Assembly: GCA_026397335.1 (NCBI GenBank)
Contig: JAPLVB010000048.1
Location: forward strand, 136-64,135
Direction: 5' to 3'
Length of the DNA: 64,000 bases
DNA from: Candidatus Aenigmatarchaeota archaeon
Lineage (GTDB): Archaea > Aenigmatarchaeota > Aenigmatarchaeia > QMZP01
Below the pieces are notes generated by a model. The model searched no databases. It was not told the origin of the DNA and saw only the letters and a program-made list of their open reading frames with translations. How positions within the stretch are numbered: position 1 is the stretch's first letter; every line of letters starts with the position of its first letter. A program made the position numbers and the translations under genes. Shown piece by piece: positions 37,086 through 47,268 of this stretch.

Positions 37086-38291
37086 ATGGACGTCAAAAGA
37101 ATAAGGGAGGACTTCCCTGTCCTAGAGAATTCGAAGGGAATTGTGTACTTTGACAATGCCTGCATGAGCCTGAAACCCAGGCAGGTCATCCAGGCAATGC
37201 TGGAGTATTACGAGAGGTACACAGCTTGCGTAGGCAGGAGCAACCACAGGCTGGGGAAGATTGCTACCGAGAAGTATAATGAGGCGCGGAAAGCAATTGC
37301 CAAGTTTGTGGGGGCGAAAAAACCCGAGGAGATAGTCTTCACCCGCAACACAACAGAAGGGATAAACCTGGTTGCCAATTCCCTGGATTTGAAAAAAGGA
37401 GACATCGTCCTGGCAAGCGACAGGGAGCACAACTCCAATCTAATTCCCTGGCAGCTGCTCAAGGAACGGAAAGGGATAGAGCACAGGATTGTGCGCTCGC
37501 GGGAGGATTGCACTTTTGACATGGAGGAGTTTAAGAAATCCATGAGCAGGCAAGTCAAGCTCGTGACAATGGTTTGGACTTCCAATATAGACGGCTACAA
37601 GCTTCCTGTCTGGGAGATAATAAAAACTGCGCATGATTTTGGCGCGCTCGTTTTGCTGGACGGGGCGCAGGCTGTCCCGCACTCAAAAACAGATGTGAGG
37701 AGAATGGATGCGGATTTCCTGGCTTTCTCAGGCCACAAGATGCTAGGGCCCACAGGGACAGGAATCCTTTATGGCAAGTATGAGCTTCTTGAGAGACTGG
37801 AGCCTTTCATGGTCGGAGGGGATACTGTGGAAAGGACAACGTACGAGACGCACAAGTTCCTGAACCCGCCTGAGAAGTTTGAGGCAGGGCTGCAGGATTA
37901 TGCAGGGATGATAGGACTAGGGGAGGCTGCAAGGTATCTTGAGAGGATAGGTATGGAGAACATAGAAAAACACGAGGTTATGCTTAACAAGCTCATTTCA
38001 GAAAGGATTTCCCAGATACCAAACCTCCAGATGGTTGGAATCCAGAACCCGGAACTAAGAGGAGGGATAATATCCTTTAATATAAGGGGAATGAAATACC
38101 ATGACATATCGCTCATGCTTGACCACAACCATGGGATTCTCATTCGTTCAGGCCAGCACTGCTGCCACTCATGGTTTAACGCACGCGGAATAGAGGGCTC
38201 AGCAAGGGCTTCCCTCTACTTATATAATACACAGGAGGAAGCGGAGCTGTTCGCGGAGGCCGTGCAGAAAATAGCAAAATTGGGAAAGTGA
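37086..38291 (+). CDS. Cysteine desulfurase (class-V aminotransferase, SufS/CsdA-like)
   Basis: SGHKMLGPTGTGILYGK (PLP Lys) and a C-terminal RSGQHCC active-site Cys region. Confidence 0.85.
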   Translation: MDVKRIREDFPVLENSKGIVYFDNACMSLKPRQVIQAMLEYYERYTACVGRSNHRLGKIATEKYNEARKAIAKFVGAKKPEEIVFTRNTTEGINLVANSLDLKKGDIVLASDREHNSNLIPWQLLKERKGIEHRIVRSREDCTFDMEEFKKSMSRQVKLVTMVWTSNIDGYKLPVWEIIKTAHDFGALVLLDGAQAVPHSKTDVRRMDADFLAFSGHKMLGPTGTGILYGKYELLERLEPFMVGGDTVERTTYETHKFLNPPEKFEAGLQDYAGMIGLGEAARYLERIGMENIEKHEVMLNKLISERISQIPNLQMVGIQNPELRGGIISFNIRGMKYHDISLMLDHNHGILIRSGQHCCHSWFNARGIEGSARASLYLYNTQEEAELFAEAVQKIAKLGK

Positions 38292-38295
38292 TTTT

Positions 38296-39099
38296 ATGGT
38301 TATTTGTATAGTTGCGCTTGTTGTTTTTGGAATCATGGGAATCTTTTCAGCCAGCCACAGGAAGATTGCTAAAGAAGCGTTCTCCTGCGTGAAAAGGATG
38401 CTCACGTTCCGGCCGTGCGAGACAGGGTTTGATGACAAGGTGCGCTCGAAGGTCACAGCAAAGCTGATGAAAAGGAGCGAAAGAGCGGCTGGGGTTTTTT
38501 ACAGGAATTTCAAGGTGATTTCACTAGCATTCACGGTAGTGTTTTTTGTGAGCATGGCTTATTCAGCCTACGGGCTTTACAATCTTGCTGTTTTGGGGAC
38601 ATGCGACCCCGCAAATCCCCAGAACTGCGTGTTCAATCCAGGAAGCGACCCCAACAGGGTGATATGTCCCTACCAGGGGCTGAGCCCGAATGCGAGCGTC
38701 GCGACCATAGGCAATTTCAGGAATATAGAGTCCGCGAGCATAGAAGCCAAGCCCGCTGCTTATTTTTTCGGCACCACTTGGTGTCCCCACTGCTTATGGG
38801 AAAGGCCGATTTTCATGAATGTCACAGCCAAGTTCTCCGGTTTCATAGACACGAAGGCGATAGAGATTGATATAGAGCAGCCGCCTCTTGAGATGGAGAT
38901 ATTCAAGCACTATTCCCAGGAGGAAGGGAAGATACCTGTGATTGTGATAGGGGGAAAGTACTTCAGGGTGGGGAGTGGGGAGAGCCTAGGAGAGGAGACG
39001 GAAGCGAATGTCCTCACGGCAATCCTGTGCAAGGTCACGAATGACCCGATTTCTGACTGTTCCAGGACAGAGGTCAAGCAGCTTGAGGCCGGATTGTGA
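38296..39099 (+). CDS. Membrane-anchored thioredoxin-fold thiol-disulfide oxidoreductase
   Basis: FGTTWCPHCL (CxxC) in a Trx-like domain after N-terminal TM segments; immediately downstream of sufS. Confidence 0.5.
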   Translation: MVICIVALVVFGIMGIFSASHRKIAKEAFSCVKRMLTFRPCETGFDDKVRSKVTAKLMKRSERAAGVFYRNFKVISLAFTVVFFVSMAYSAYGLYNLAVLGTCDPANPQNCVFNPGSDPNRVICPYQGLSPNASVATIGNFRNIESASIEAKPAAYFFGTTWCPHCLWERPIFMNVTAKFSGFIDTKAIEIDIEQPPLEMEIFKHYSQEEGKIPVIVIGGKYFRVGSGESLGEETEANVLTAILCKVTNDPISDCSRTEVKQLEAGL

Positions 39100-39141
39100 A
39101 GAATTGCATGATGGCCAGAATGTATGCGGAATAACAGCACT

Positions 39142-40557
39142 TTAGGATTTCTTCTTGTCAGGCTTTTTTGCAGGCTTGGATTTTTCCTTATCAGGCTCCT
39201 TGATAGATGGAAGTTGTGAAGCAGCTTCTTTCGAAGGTCGTTCCTCTTCGTGCTCTATCTCATCCTCCAGCTCCTCTTCCTTCTCTTCCACCGTTTCCCT
39301 GTTCGCGTAGTTTTTCACGGAGAGCTGGCCACCCGCGAACCTGCTGCTGGCCGCGAACTTTGCCATGAACGTGCTGAAAATAACAGTGAGTATTATCACA
39401 ACCACGACCATGTTCATTATGCTGGCCGCGGCAGCGCCGAGGTTTGCTGCTATAAGGGCGGCAGCCACTATGGGAGCCATTGCAGCCGCGTCTATTCCCC
39501 TTGGGGCCACGAAGCTCATGACGAATCTCTCCTGTTTTGTGTAGTTCTTCCTTTCCTTGCCAAGAATGATGTTTACAAACAGCGGCCTTGCAAGCACGAT
39601 GGCTATGAAGAAAAGCAATATCGGGATGATGTCGGATAGGCCGAAAGTGAGAGTCACCTGCGCCCCAAGGAATGTGAAGACTGCAATCCTCAGCATCTCG
39701 GAGAAGTGGTCGTCAAACCTCTTCACATCATCCTTCTCCTGGAATCCCATGTCTCCTACTATAAGCCCACAGATAGCCACGGCCAGGATTCCGGAGCCGC
39801 CCACGTATTCGGACGCGGCATACGTGAGGAGGGCTATGGAGAGCATGAGCAGGACCGTGTAGTCTTGGGCCATCCTTTTTACAAGCTTGGAAAAACCCAA
39901 CCCGAGAATTATTCCCGCGCCAACTCCAGCCACCATCATCAGCACGAATTTGGAGAAGTAAGCCATAGGCTCGATTATGGCTCCGGGCTGGATTGACACG
40001 AAGTCAAGGAAGACAAGGGGTATCAGAATGCACATGGGGGAGTTGAAAACCGCCTCTGTTTTTAGCATGGTCATAACGCGCCTGTAATCCTTGTCCAGAA
40101 TGGAGTCGAAAGTGAATATTATCGCGTCCGCGGTTCCGCTCAGGACGCCTCCGAGAAGGAGCGCGAACACCCAGTCGATGCCGAATATGAAATGTGCCGC
40201 AACTCCGAGAATTATTGTATTAAAAGCAACCCCCAATACCGCGAACTTGACCGAAATTCCGGAGGTCTTCCTGAAGGAGCGGAGTCCCACGTTGAACATT
40301 CCCGCGAACACTATCATTATCAGGGCAAGTATCCTGAGGAAGTCGGGGACGGCTCCCATCGCGCTTATGCTGACAGGCTCTATCTTCATGTATTGGGCTA
40401 TAAATGGGTTTCCCAGAATAGTTGGGCCCAGCAGGAGCCCCAGAAGTATCAGGAATATGCTGTCGGGTATATTCCTCTTCTTGAAGAAGTTTGCCAGCAG
40501 CACGCCAAGCCCGAGCAGTATGGCGAAATATGTTATAGCTATTAAGGCATCGCTCAT
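39142..40557 (-). CDS. Na+/H+ antiporter (CPA1/NhaP type) with an acidic, lysine-rich C-terminal tail
   Basis: 12-13 TM layout with CPA1 motifs (FFLPPIIF-like, ILFGGV..SGTADA). Confidence 0.85.
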   Translation of the reverse strand: MSDALIAITYFAILLGLGVLLANFFKKRNIPDSIFLILLGLLLGPTILGNPFIAQYMKIEPVSISAMGAVPDFLRILALIMIVFAGMFNVGLRSFRKTSGISVKFAVLGVAFNTIILGVAAHFIFGIDWVFALLLGGVLSGTADAIIFTFDSILDKDYRRVMTMLKTEAVFNSPMCILIPLVFLDFVSIQPGAIIEPMAYFSKFVLMMVAGVGAGIILGLGFSKLVKRMAQDYTVLLMLSIALLTYAASEYVGGSGILAVAICGLIVGDMGFQEKDDVKRFDDHFSEMLRIAVFTFLGAQVTLTFGLSDIIPILLFFIAIVLARPLFVNIILGKERKNYTKQERFVMSFVAPRGIDAAAMAPIVAAALIAANLGAAAASIMNMVVVVIILTVIFSTFMAKFAASSRFAGGQLSVKNYANRETVEEKEEELEDEIEHEEERPSKEAASQLPSIKEPDKEKSKPAKKPDKKKS

Positions 40558-40696
40558 GAACTATATTTGTCCGAAGGGGCTTTTATAGGTTAAAAATTTG
40601 CTGATTTAACCTCCCGCAACAACAATAATTATTATACAATCATCTCGACAAAACCCGAATGCAAAGACATATATACCTCTAAGGTCCAATCTTGAC

Positions 40697-41596
40697 ATGA
40701 AAAACAACAATGTGGAACGAACGCTGAAGATAGCCATAATCCTGACTTCTGTGATATTCGTTGTGGAGCTTGCGGGAAGCTTTGCCTCGGGCTCCCTCTC
40801 GCTCCTGGGGGATGCAGGGCACATGCTCAGGGATGTGTTTGCATTAGCCGTATCTCTAAGCGCGGTAATGATAGCCAAGAAGCTCCCGACAAAGGAGAAG
40901 ACGTTCGGCTACCACAGGGTTGAGATACTTGCGGCCCTGCTGAACGGGATTCTGCTGATAGTGATAAGCGGGTGGATTTTCGCGGCGGCATATATCCGTT
41001 TCTTCACCCCGGCTCCCATCCAGAGCTTTACCATGCTAGTGGTAGCTTCCATAGGGCTTGTGGTTAACGTTATTGTGGCGTTCAGCCTGCGAGGTCACCA
41101 TGACCTGAACGTGAGGAGCGCGTTCTTCCACGTGCTGACGGATTTGCTCTCCTCTGTGGCTGTTGTGTTTGCTGCAATCTGGATATTCTTCACCGGACAG
41201 ACCATAGTGGACCCGATACTCGGGACGCTAATCGCGATTCTCGTTTTAATATCAGCTTTCAACATCATCCGCGATTCCATTCACATCCTGCTGGGATTCG
41301 CCCCCAAGGACGTGAATTTCGAGGGGATGATAAAGGACATGGAGAGCGTGAGTGGCGTGGACGGTGTGAACAACGTCCACCTGTGGACATTGTGCTCGAA
41401 TGTGAACATACTGGACGCGCACGTGCTCACGAAAGAACCCAGCATGACAAAAATCGAGAAGATGAAGGATGAGATAAAGCAGAGGCTTGGGAAGTACAAC
41501 ATAAGGCACGCGACCCTGGAATTCGAGTGCGAGGAATGCAGGGAGTGCAAGGAGTGCAGCATAAATAATAGCAAGGTCAGGGAGATGAAGCACTAG
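40697..41596 (+). CDS. Cation diffusion facilitator (CzcD/ZitB family) with a Cys-rich C-terminal tail
   Basis: 6 TM segments with HxxxD motifs (HMLRDV, HVLTDLLSS) and a cytoplasmic C-terminal domain; tail reads CEECRECKECS. Confidence 0.85.
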   Translation: MKNNNVERTLKIAIILTSVIFVVELAGSFASGSLSLLGDAGHMLRDVFALAVSLSAVMIAKKLPTKEKTFGYHRVEILAALLNGILLIVISGWIFAAAYIRFFTPAPIQSFTMLVVASIGLVVNVIVAFSLRGHHDLNVRSAFFHVLTDLLSSVAVVFAAIWIFFTGQTIVDPILGTLIAILVLISAFNIIRDSIHILLGFAPKDVNFEGMIKDMESVSGVDGVNNVHLWTLCSNVNILDAHVLTKEPSMTKIEKMKDEIKQRLGKYNIRHATLEFECEECRECKECSINNSKVREMKH

Positions 41597-41652
41597 ATTC
41601 AGCTCAAGCGGTGTTATTTGCTAGATTTAAATAAAAGAATATAACTAAAAAT

Positions 41653-42123
41653 ATGGCATTTGTTTTTGAACAAGAGAGCCGGTTAATTGTAACGCTCAAA
41701 AAACAGCACTCCAATATCTTGCTGTATTTGAACAATTTCAACCCGCTTTTATCCGGTAAGCCATTTTCAGAGGCGACTTGCATAGTTACGCTAAGAGAAC
41801 TTAGAAAAATCCTGGTTGAGCATTTGTCATTGGAGGATAAAGAGCTTTATCCGGCTCTTGAACAATCCAAAGTTAAAGAAATCAGGGAAACAGGAAGGAA
41901 ATTGTCAGAAAAAATGCAAGCAATCTCCCAGAAGGCCTTTGATTTCTTTAACAAATACAGCTCAATGAAAACATCTGACATGACCAGCGCACGCTTCAGG
42001 AAAGAGCTCAGTGACTTGAAGGAGCTTATTGTAAAAAGGGTAAAACTGGAAGAAGAGATACTCTATCCTCTATACAGGAAAAACCCCCTAATGACCGAAA
42101 AAGAAAAAAGGAAGTTCTCTTGA
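41653..42123 (+). CDS. Hypothetical protein, possibly a hemerythrin-like HHE domain
   Basis: Two H/E...E(L)YP-type segments (VEHLSLEDKELYPAL, EEEILYPLY); weak. Confidence 0.3.
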   Translation: MAFVFEQESRLIVTLKKQHSNILLYLNNFNPLLSGKPFSEATCIVTLRELRKILVEHLSLEDKELYPALEQSKVKEIRETGRKLSEKMQAISQKAFDFFNKYSSMKTSDMTSARFRKELSDLKELIVKRVKLEEEILYPLYRKNPLMTEKEKRKFS

Positions 42124-42138
42124 ATCACGAACACTTTT

Positions 42139-43722
42139 TTATGGTTTTCCTCTCCTGTAGAAATCGTCCCTGAGCTTCCTTCCAGTCTTCTCCTCCCATT
42201 TGGGGATGGGAAGGGAGAACTTCTTCTGTGTGGGTTCCCTGTACATATCTGGCATCACATTGAACGCGCAGAAAGGAATAATCGGCATCTTGGGGTCAGG
42301 AGTGGCATAGTGTATGCAGCAGCGCTTCACACGCTCCACGTCATAATTGTACTGGTCCATGAAGTGCATCATTCCCACGAACAGGCTCTTGTGGTGGAAT
42401 TCTCCAAGCGCGCTGTAGTCATGCTTCATGAGGGCATTGTATATGACTTTGGAAAGGCTGAAACCCTTGGGCTGTTTCTGCTTGTCTATGAAGCTGTTGA
42501 GCTTGAACATGAGGTTCAGGCCTGCCTTGTAGCGGTTCTTTCCTCTCCTGATGTCATCTGCCAGCGTGTCCAGGTAGCGGAAAAGCCCCTCCACATCCAC
42601 GAATCGCGTTATGGGGAGCATCTTCCCGTTGTCATTGAAAACATAGGTTGCCATCCCACAGCTAAAGTGCGTGGAAAGGGAGTACTTCTGCTTCTTGGTA
42701 ATGGCCTCCACAAAATTTGTTATGGGCATTACGCTGGGAACTGGGTAGAAATCCTCCCTGGAGACTTCCCCTTTTGTCTGTTCCTCTATACTTTTTATGG
42801 CGTCAGGGATGGTTATCCTGAAATTGTCCCTCTCCTTCTTGGGCATCCTGCCCACCAAAGAGACAGGCTGGTAGTTCACACCTCGTATAACATCATTGTT
42901 CTTGAACCCGAAGCGGAGGATGTCCCCGAGCTCGTGGTCATTCACACCCTTTATAACTGTGGGTACAAGGACTATCCCTATCCCGGCTTTCCTGCAGTTT
43001 TCCATGGCTTTGGGAACCTCCCAGTGGTTCTTGGGGTTTGTCTTCTCGGTAACGCCGTCAAAGCTCATGTAAAGGATATTCACTCCTGCCTCCCTGACAC
43101 GCATGGCTAGAGCAGGCGACTGTGAAAGGCGGATCCCATTAGTGTTCAGCTGGACGTGGTCTATTCCCCCTTCCTTGCAGATTTTTATTATCTCAATAAG
43201 ATCTTCCCTCATGGTAGGTTCCCCGCCTGTAAGCTGAACTGCATTGCACGGGACAGGCTTCTCGTTCACAAGATTCTTCACCATGAAGCGAATTTGCTCA
43301 AGTGTGGGCTCGTACACGTAACCCATCTTCTGTGCATAGTAGAAGCAATACCAGCATGCCAAATCACACCTGTTAGTAACCACTATATTTGCAAGGGCCG
43401 TATGGCTCTTGTGCATCTTGCACAGGCCGCAATCATTCGGGCAAATAGGATTCTCCTTCTCCACGTTAGGGTTTGACACACCCTTTCCGTCCCTGGCAAA
43501 GCTCCTGGCTTTCTCGTACATCTGGTAGTCTCCCCAGTACAGTTCCTCAAAATCCCCATGTGTGGAACAGGTCTTCTTAATCCAGACCTTCCCGTCCCTC
43601 TCGAATATCTCTGCGGGAAGAACCTTCTGGCATTCAGGGCAGACTGACTGGGTCTTCACAAGAGCATGGTTGTACGGGTGCCTTATCACCCTGTGAATTT
43701 TTGGGGATTTTTTCGCTGGCAT
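42139..43722 (-). CDS. Large radical-SAM enzyme with extra Cys clusters; candidate tetraether-lipid-synthase (Tes/GDGT-MAS)-like protein
   Basis: Canonical CDLACWYC (Cx3Cx2C), plus an N-terminal CPEC...C.TH rubredoxin-like motif, CPNDCGLC, and C-terminal CC/C motifs; 527 aa. The Tes assignment is inference from architecture. Confidence 0.7.
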   Translation of the reverse strand: MPAKKSPKIHRVIRHPYNHALVKTQSVCPECQKVLPAEIFERDGKVWIKKTCSTHGDFEELYWGDYQMYEKARSFARDGKGVSNPNVEKENPICPNDCGLCKMHKSHTALANIVVTNRCDLACWYCFYYAQKMGYVYEPTLEQIRFMVKNLVNEKPVPCNAVQLTGGEPTMREDLIEIIKICKEGGIDHVQLNTNGIRLSQSPALAMRVREAGVNILYMSFDGVTEKTNPKNHWEVPKAMENCRKAGIGIVLVPTVIKGVNDHELGDILRFGFKNNDVIRGVNYQPVSLVGRMPKKERDNFRITIPDAIKSIEEQTKGEVSREDFYPVPSVMPITNFVEAITKKQKYSLSTHFSCGMATYVFNDNGKMLPITRFVDVEGLFRYLDTLADDIRRGKNRYKAGLNLMFKLNSFIDKQKQPKGFSLSKVIYNALMKHDYSALGEFHHKSLFVGMMHFMDQYNYDVERVKRCCIHYATPDPKMPIIPFCAFNVMPDMYREPTQKKFSLPIPKWEEKTGRKLRDDFYRRGKP

Positions 43723-43834
43723 AAAATCAATTGTCTTTGATGGTTTTTAAAGTTTTCAATCCAACGTTTCCAATTCGTTAATCAACAGTTAATGGGAGAC
43801 AAATGGTTAAAAATGCCCGGAAGCAATCTTTATC

Positions 43835-45079
43835 ATGGACTTCTCTTCTGATACAGGCTCCCTGTGCGCAAGGTGCAAGGGAAGGATGTGGTGCGGAAAG
43901 GACAGGTGCCCCCTTCTTGTCAAGTTCTATGCGCAGACAAAGGCCAAGCCTCTTATAGATTCCTTACATCTTGAGGGTTCTTCTCCCCCATCCGTTTTTG
44001 TTGGCAGGTTCAGCTACCCGAAGGTTTACATAGGTCCAATGCTCCCCCCGCAGCATGGGGATACGAGCTTAATGGACACGCCCGAATTGTGGACAGGAAT
44101 GAGCATAGATGAAATAGTGGACTTTCGCTTCCAGCTCGTGCGCGGGAAGTTCCTTAACCCGGTAAAGAATTTTGACGGAAAGATTATAGAGCAGACAAGG
44201 GAGATAGCGCTGGCTGAAAAGTCTCCTGACGCGGAACTGGAGTTCAAGAAGAAGCCGGCAGGCAAGCTTGTCATGAATGATGAGATTCAGCCTTTCGGGC
44301 CTTCCGCGCTGCTTGCGAAACTGGATGTGGGGAATGTGAAGTTTGACAAGTATATAGAGAAGGCCTTTTATGACACAGACCTGAAGGCGAGGGAGGCTGT
44401 GATAAGCCTGCATGAGAGAGGGGTTCTGGTCTCGAAAATCCAGAAGGCTTTCTCAGTGGGGGCTTTCGGTGTGGGGAAGAACCGCAAATTTGTGCCCACA
44501 AGATGGAGCATAACTGCAGTTGATGACACGCTTGGGAAGAACCTCATGACTTATACGCGGGATTATCCCCTGATAAACGAGTTCAGGGTTTATGAGCACG
44601 TGCAGCTGGACAACCGCTGGCTCATTCTCATGCTTCCAAGGGAATGGTGCTATGAGCTGATAGAAGCATGGTATCCGAACACGATATGGAACCCTGCCGG
44701 AAGGAACATAGAGATTTTCTCTGACCATGAATTCTATGACGGGAGGACTACATATGCGGACATAGGAGGCTGTTACTATGCGGCAAGGCTTGCCACGAAC
44801 GAGCTGCTCAACCGAGAAAAGCGCCAGGCAGGAGTGGTGATAATGAGGGAGACCCATCCCGGATACATAATGCCGGTGGGGGTGTGGAATGTTCGGGAGG
44901 CTGTGCGCGCAGCTGTGAAAAATCCCCCGTACAGGTTCGCAACACTCCAGGAAGCCTTGGACTTCGTGGGCAGGAGAATGGACATTCCTGTAAGCAGGTG
45001 GATTGAGAAAAGCTCTATTCTGAAGGATACCATGAGGCAGAGGAAGCTGGTGGATTTTTTCATGGCTAAGACAACTTAG
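43835..45079 (+). CDS. Hypothetical protein with an N-terminal Cys4 zinc motif; possibly Nre-family (DUF650/651) DNA-repair-associated
   Basis: CARCKGRMWCGKDRCP N-terminus on a ~414-aa archaeal-style protein; family assignment from memory. Confidence 0.35.
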   Translation: MDFSSDTGSLCARCKGRMWCGKDRCPLLVKFYAQTKAKPLIDSLHLEGSSPPSVFVGRFSYPKVYIGPMLPPQHGDTSLMDTPELWTGMSIDEIVDFRFQLVRGKFLNPVKNFDGKIIEQTREIALAEKSPDAELEFKKKPAGKLVMNDEIQPFGPSALLAKLDVGNVKFDKYIEKAFYDTDLKAREAVISLHERGVLVSKIQKAFSVGAFGVGKNRKFVPTRWSITAVDDTLGKNLMTYTRDYPLINEFRVYEHVQLDNRWLILMLPREWCYELIEAWYPNTIWNPAGRNIEIFSDHEFYDGRTTYADIGGCYYAARLATNELLNREKRQAGVVIMRETHPGYIMPVGVWNVREAVRAAVKNPPYRFATLQEALDFVGRRMDIPVSRWIEKSSILKDTMRQRKLVDFFMAKTT

Positions 45080-45494
45080 CAGCCGAACCATCATCCTTGG
45101 TGACCTTCTCCTTCACGGCCTCATATAGCGGCCGGAATATGGCCTTAGCAATAGAAATTATGTCCTCTATATCCGCCGTATTCGGCCTGTAGCCATAATA
45201 ATTTATGTTGTGCCTCAGCCGTTTCAGGTTCCATAAAAGACTTATTGGTTTTTGTGTGTTCACGCTCAGTTCTGTAAGCTCCTTTATCGGAGCTGAATGA
45301 TCTTCTGATTCGATGCCTTTGGAGACCAATAAGGCATCCCCTAACATCCTAAAGCATTCATATATGTTCCTTACAATAGTCGGCCCAGAAGATTCAGTGA
45401 CTTTCATTGCTAATGTAAATTCCATATCTCTTTTTGCGGCTTCGGTGAGGCTTAATGCGTTCTTTTTATCCGGTCTTTTGTACCTCGTTTTCAT
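45066..45494 (-). CDS. HEPN-domain protein, partner of the upstream wHTH-nucleotidyltransferase
   Basis: RLRHNINYYG (R-x-x-H-N HEPN motif); 4-nt overlap with the NT gene. Confidence 0.55.
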   Translation of the reverse strand: MKTRYKRPDKKNALSLTEAAKRDMEFTLAMKVTESSGPTIVRNIYECFRMLGDALLVSKGIESEDHSAPIKELTELSVNTQKPISLLWNLKRLRHNINYYGYRPNTADIEDIISIAKAIFRPLYEAVKEKVTKDDGSAAKLS

Positions 45495-46081
45495 GGCCTC
45501 GCTTCCAGAAAGCCTTCCAGCACGATACCGTTGGCTATATTTGCGAACAGGTTCAAATCAACTTTGTTTCTTGAGAAAATATACAGATTCACCGTAACAT
45601 TCTCTCTGTAACCAAACTGGGGAATAGCTCCCAACTTGACAAGCTTCACGTCTTCATTACCCACGACTTCCACGGCAATGTCAATGTCGCTTTTTTCCAT
45701 ATCGTCACCTTTCCTGTAACTCCCGAACAGGGTTATCGATCTAGGATTCGGTATGATATGATGGATTTCCTGGAGTATCGAGGATTCATAGATTAGCATT
45801 AGATGGTAAGGAATCTTTCTTGTGTGATTAAAAGGATGGTTCTGGTTGCAGGAAATCCTCCAGAGCCTGCCTAGGACTTCCCTGTTGAGGAATCCATCAT
45901 CCACGAAGTCTAAGACAATCCTTTTTGCTGTGGTTTTGGATATTCCCAACTCTTCGGAGAGGTCATTCAGCCCCATTTCTCTGGAGGGATAGGCAAAAAA
46001 CCAATGCTGAACATGATTGTAGGCTTCAGTCAGTTCAATCATTTCTACCTTCAATTTCTTGTTCATGTTATATGGTAACAT
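45491..46081 (-). CDS. Nucleotidyltransferase with an N-terminal winged-helix domain
   Basis: LFGSYRKGDDMEKSDIDIAV (GS...DxD), preceded by an HTH (LSEELGISKTTAKRIV). Confidence 0.75.
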   Translation of the reverse strand: MLPYNMNKKLKVEMIELTEAYNHVQHWFFAYPSREMGLNDLSEELGISKTTAKRIVLDFVDDGFLNREVLGRLWRISCNQNHPFNHTRKIPYHLMLIYESSILQEIHHIIPNPRSITLFGSYRKGDDMEKSDIDIAVEVVGNEDVKLVKLGAIPQFGYRENVTVNLYIFSRNKVDLNLFANIANGIVLEGFLEARP

Positions 46082-46189
46082 TCGCTACCTTATAAGCTTT
46101 TTGGTTACCAAGTGGTAACCTATATTACCACATGAACTTTTTGGGAACCATCAAATCAGCAATTTATTCCCACAAACAAATTCTTTTTC

Positions 46190-46762
46190 ATGCAGAATAC
46201 ACTCTACCTTAAAGACCGCCATGAATGGCGGGCCTGGCTCGAGAAGAACCACTCCACAGCGAAGGAGGCATGGGTGGTATTCTACAAGAAGCACACGGGA
46301 AAGAAAGGCGCGCCCTACCTGGATGTTCTGGAGGAGGCTCTGTGCTTCGGTTGGATTGACGGCCCGCTGAAGAGGATTGATGATGAGAAGCATGCCATAA
46401 AGTTCACCCCGAGGCGGAAGCACAGCGTGTGGGCCGAGAGCAACATAGAGCGAGCCAAGCGAATGATAAGGCTGGGGAAGATGACCCCTGCAGGGCTGGA
46501 GAAGTTCAAGGGGCACGAGAGCAGGAAGGTCCCGAAGGTCATTCCCATGCCCGAAGACCTGGAGAACGCGCTAAAGAAAAACAGGAAAGCATGGGAGAAC
46601 TTCCAGAAGTTCGCTCCAAGCCATCGCAAGCACTATTTCTGGTGGATAATCAGCTCCAAAAAGCCCGAGACTAGAGAGAGGAGGATAAAAGAAGTGGTGA
46701 ATAGGGCTGCGATAAACAGGAAGCTTGTGTGGGAGAGGGTGGCTGAGAAGTATAGGAAATAA
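46190..46762 (+). CDS. YdeI/OmdA-family protein
   Basis: FGWIDG, WFYKKH...PYL-type N-terminus and HRKHYFWWI C-terminal segment. Confidence 0.5.
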   Translation: MQNTLYLKDRHEWRAWLEKNHSTAKEAWVVFYKKHTGKKGAPYLDVLEEALCFGWIDGPLKRIDDEKHAIKFTPRRKHSVWAESNIERAKRMIRLGKMTPAGLEKFKGHESRKVPKVIPMPEDLENALKKNRKAWENFQKFAPSHRKHYFWWIISSKKPETRERRIKEVVNRAAINRKLVWERVAEKYRK

Positions 46763-46857
46763 AGAGGCTGGACTGGCACATGAAGCTATTGGGAAAAATG
46801 AGGCTGCCCTAGGCTATGACATGAGAGTTTGTTGGAAAAGGCCTAGCTTTTATTGCT

Positions 46858-47238
46858 TTGCCCGATTATCTCTATATGGACAAGAAGTTCGATGATTTGC
46901 TCTGGAAAGAGCCCACGATATGGATGCCTCCCAGCGGGAGAAACTGGAATTATGAAAAAATCTTAGCCATTTCCGACCCTGAATTCTCAGAATTCTATCT
47001 TGCGTTAATGACAGAGTACAGGGACAACGAAGGATGGTGGAGCGGAGAAAAGATACCGAAATGCTTCAAGTGTCACAATGTCATTCCCGGCCCTGAAACG
47101 CTGAGGCGCTTAACAGGCCGCACGCTCGATCCGGAATGCTTCCGTGTTGTTTACGCAAGTGAAAGAAACGATTATGGCCCGATAGTGCAGAAATACTGGG
47201 ATAGGGTTGCAAAACTCGATTTGACGGGGAAACCATGA
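46858..47238 (+). CDS. Hypothetical protein
   Basis: ORF only. Confidence 0.35.
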   Translation: MPDYLYMDKKFDDLLWKEPTIWMPPSGRNWNYEKILAISDPEFSEFYLALMTEYRDNEGWWSGEKIPKCFKCHNVIPGPETLRRLTGRTLDPECFRVVYASERNDYGPIVQKYWDRVAKLDLTGKP

Positions 47239-47268
47239 AAACGTCGGTTTCTGGCCGGAAAAGTAAAG

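Noticed and set aside
42310-43110. 266-aa plus-strand ORF inside the radical-SAM gene
   Set aside because: Antisense shadow of a gene with canonical Cx3Cx2C.
44026-45094. Several 76-213-aa minus-strand ORFs inside the Nre-like gene
   Set aside because: Antisense shadows; His/Pro/Arg-rich translations.
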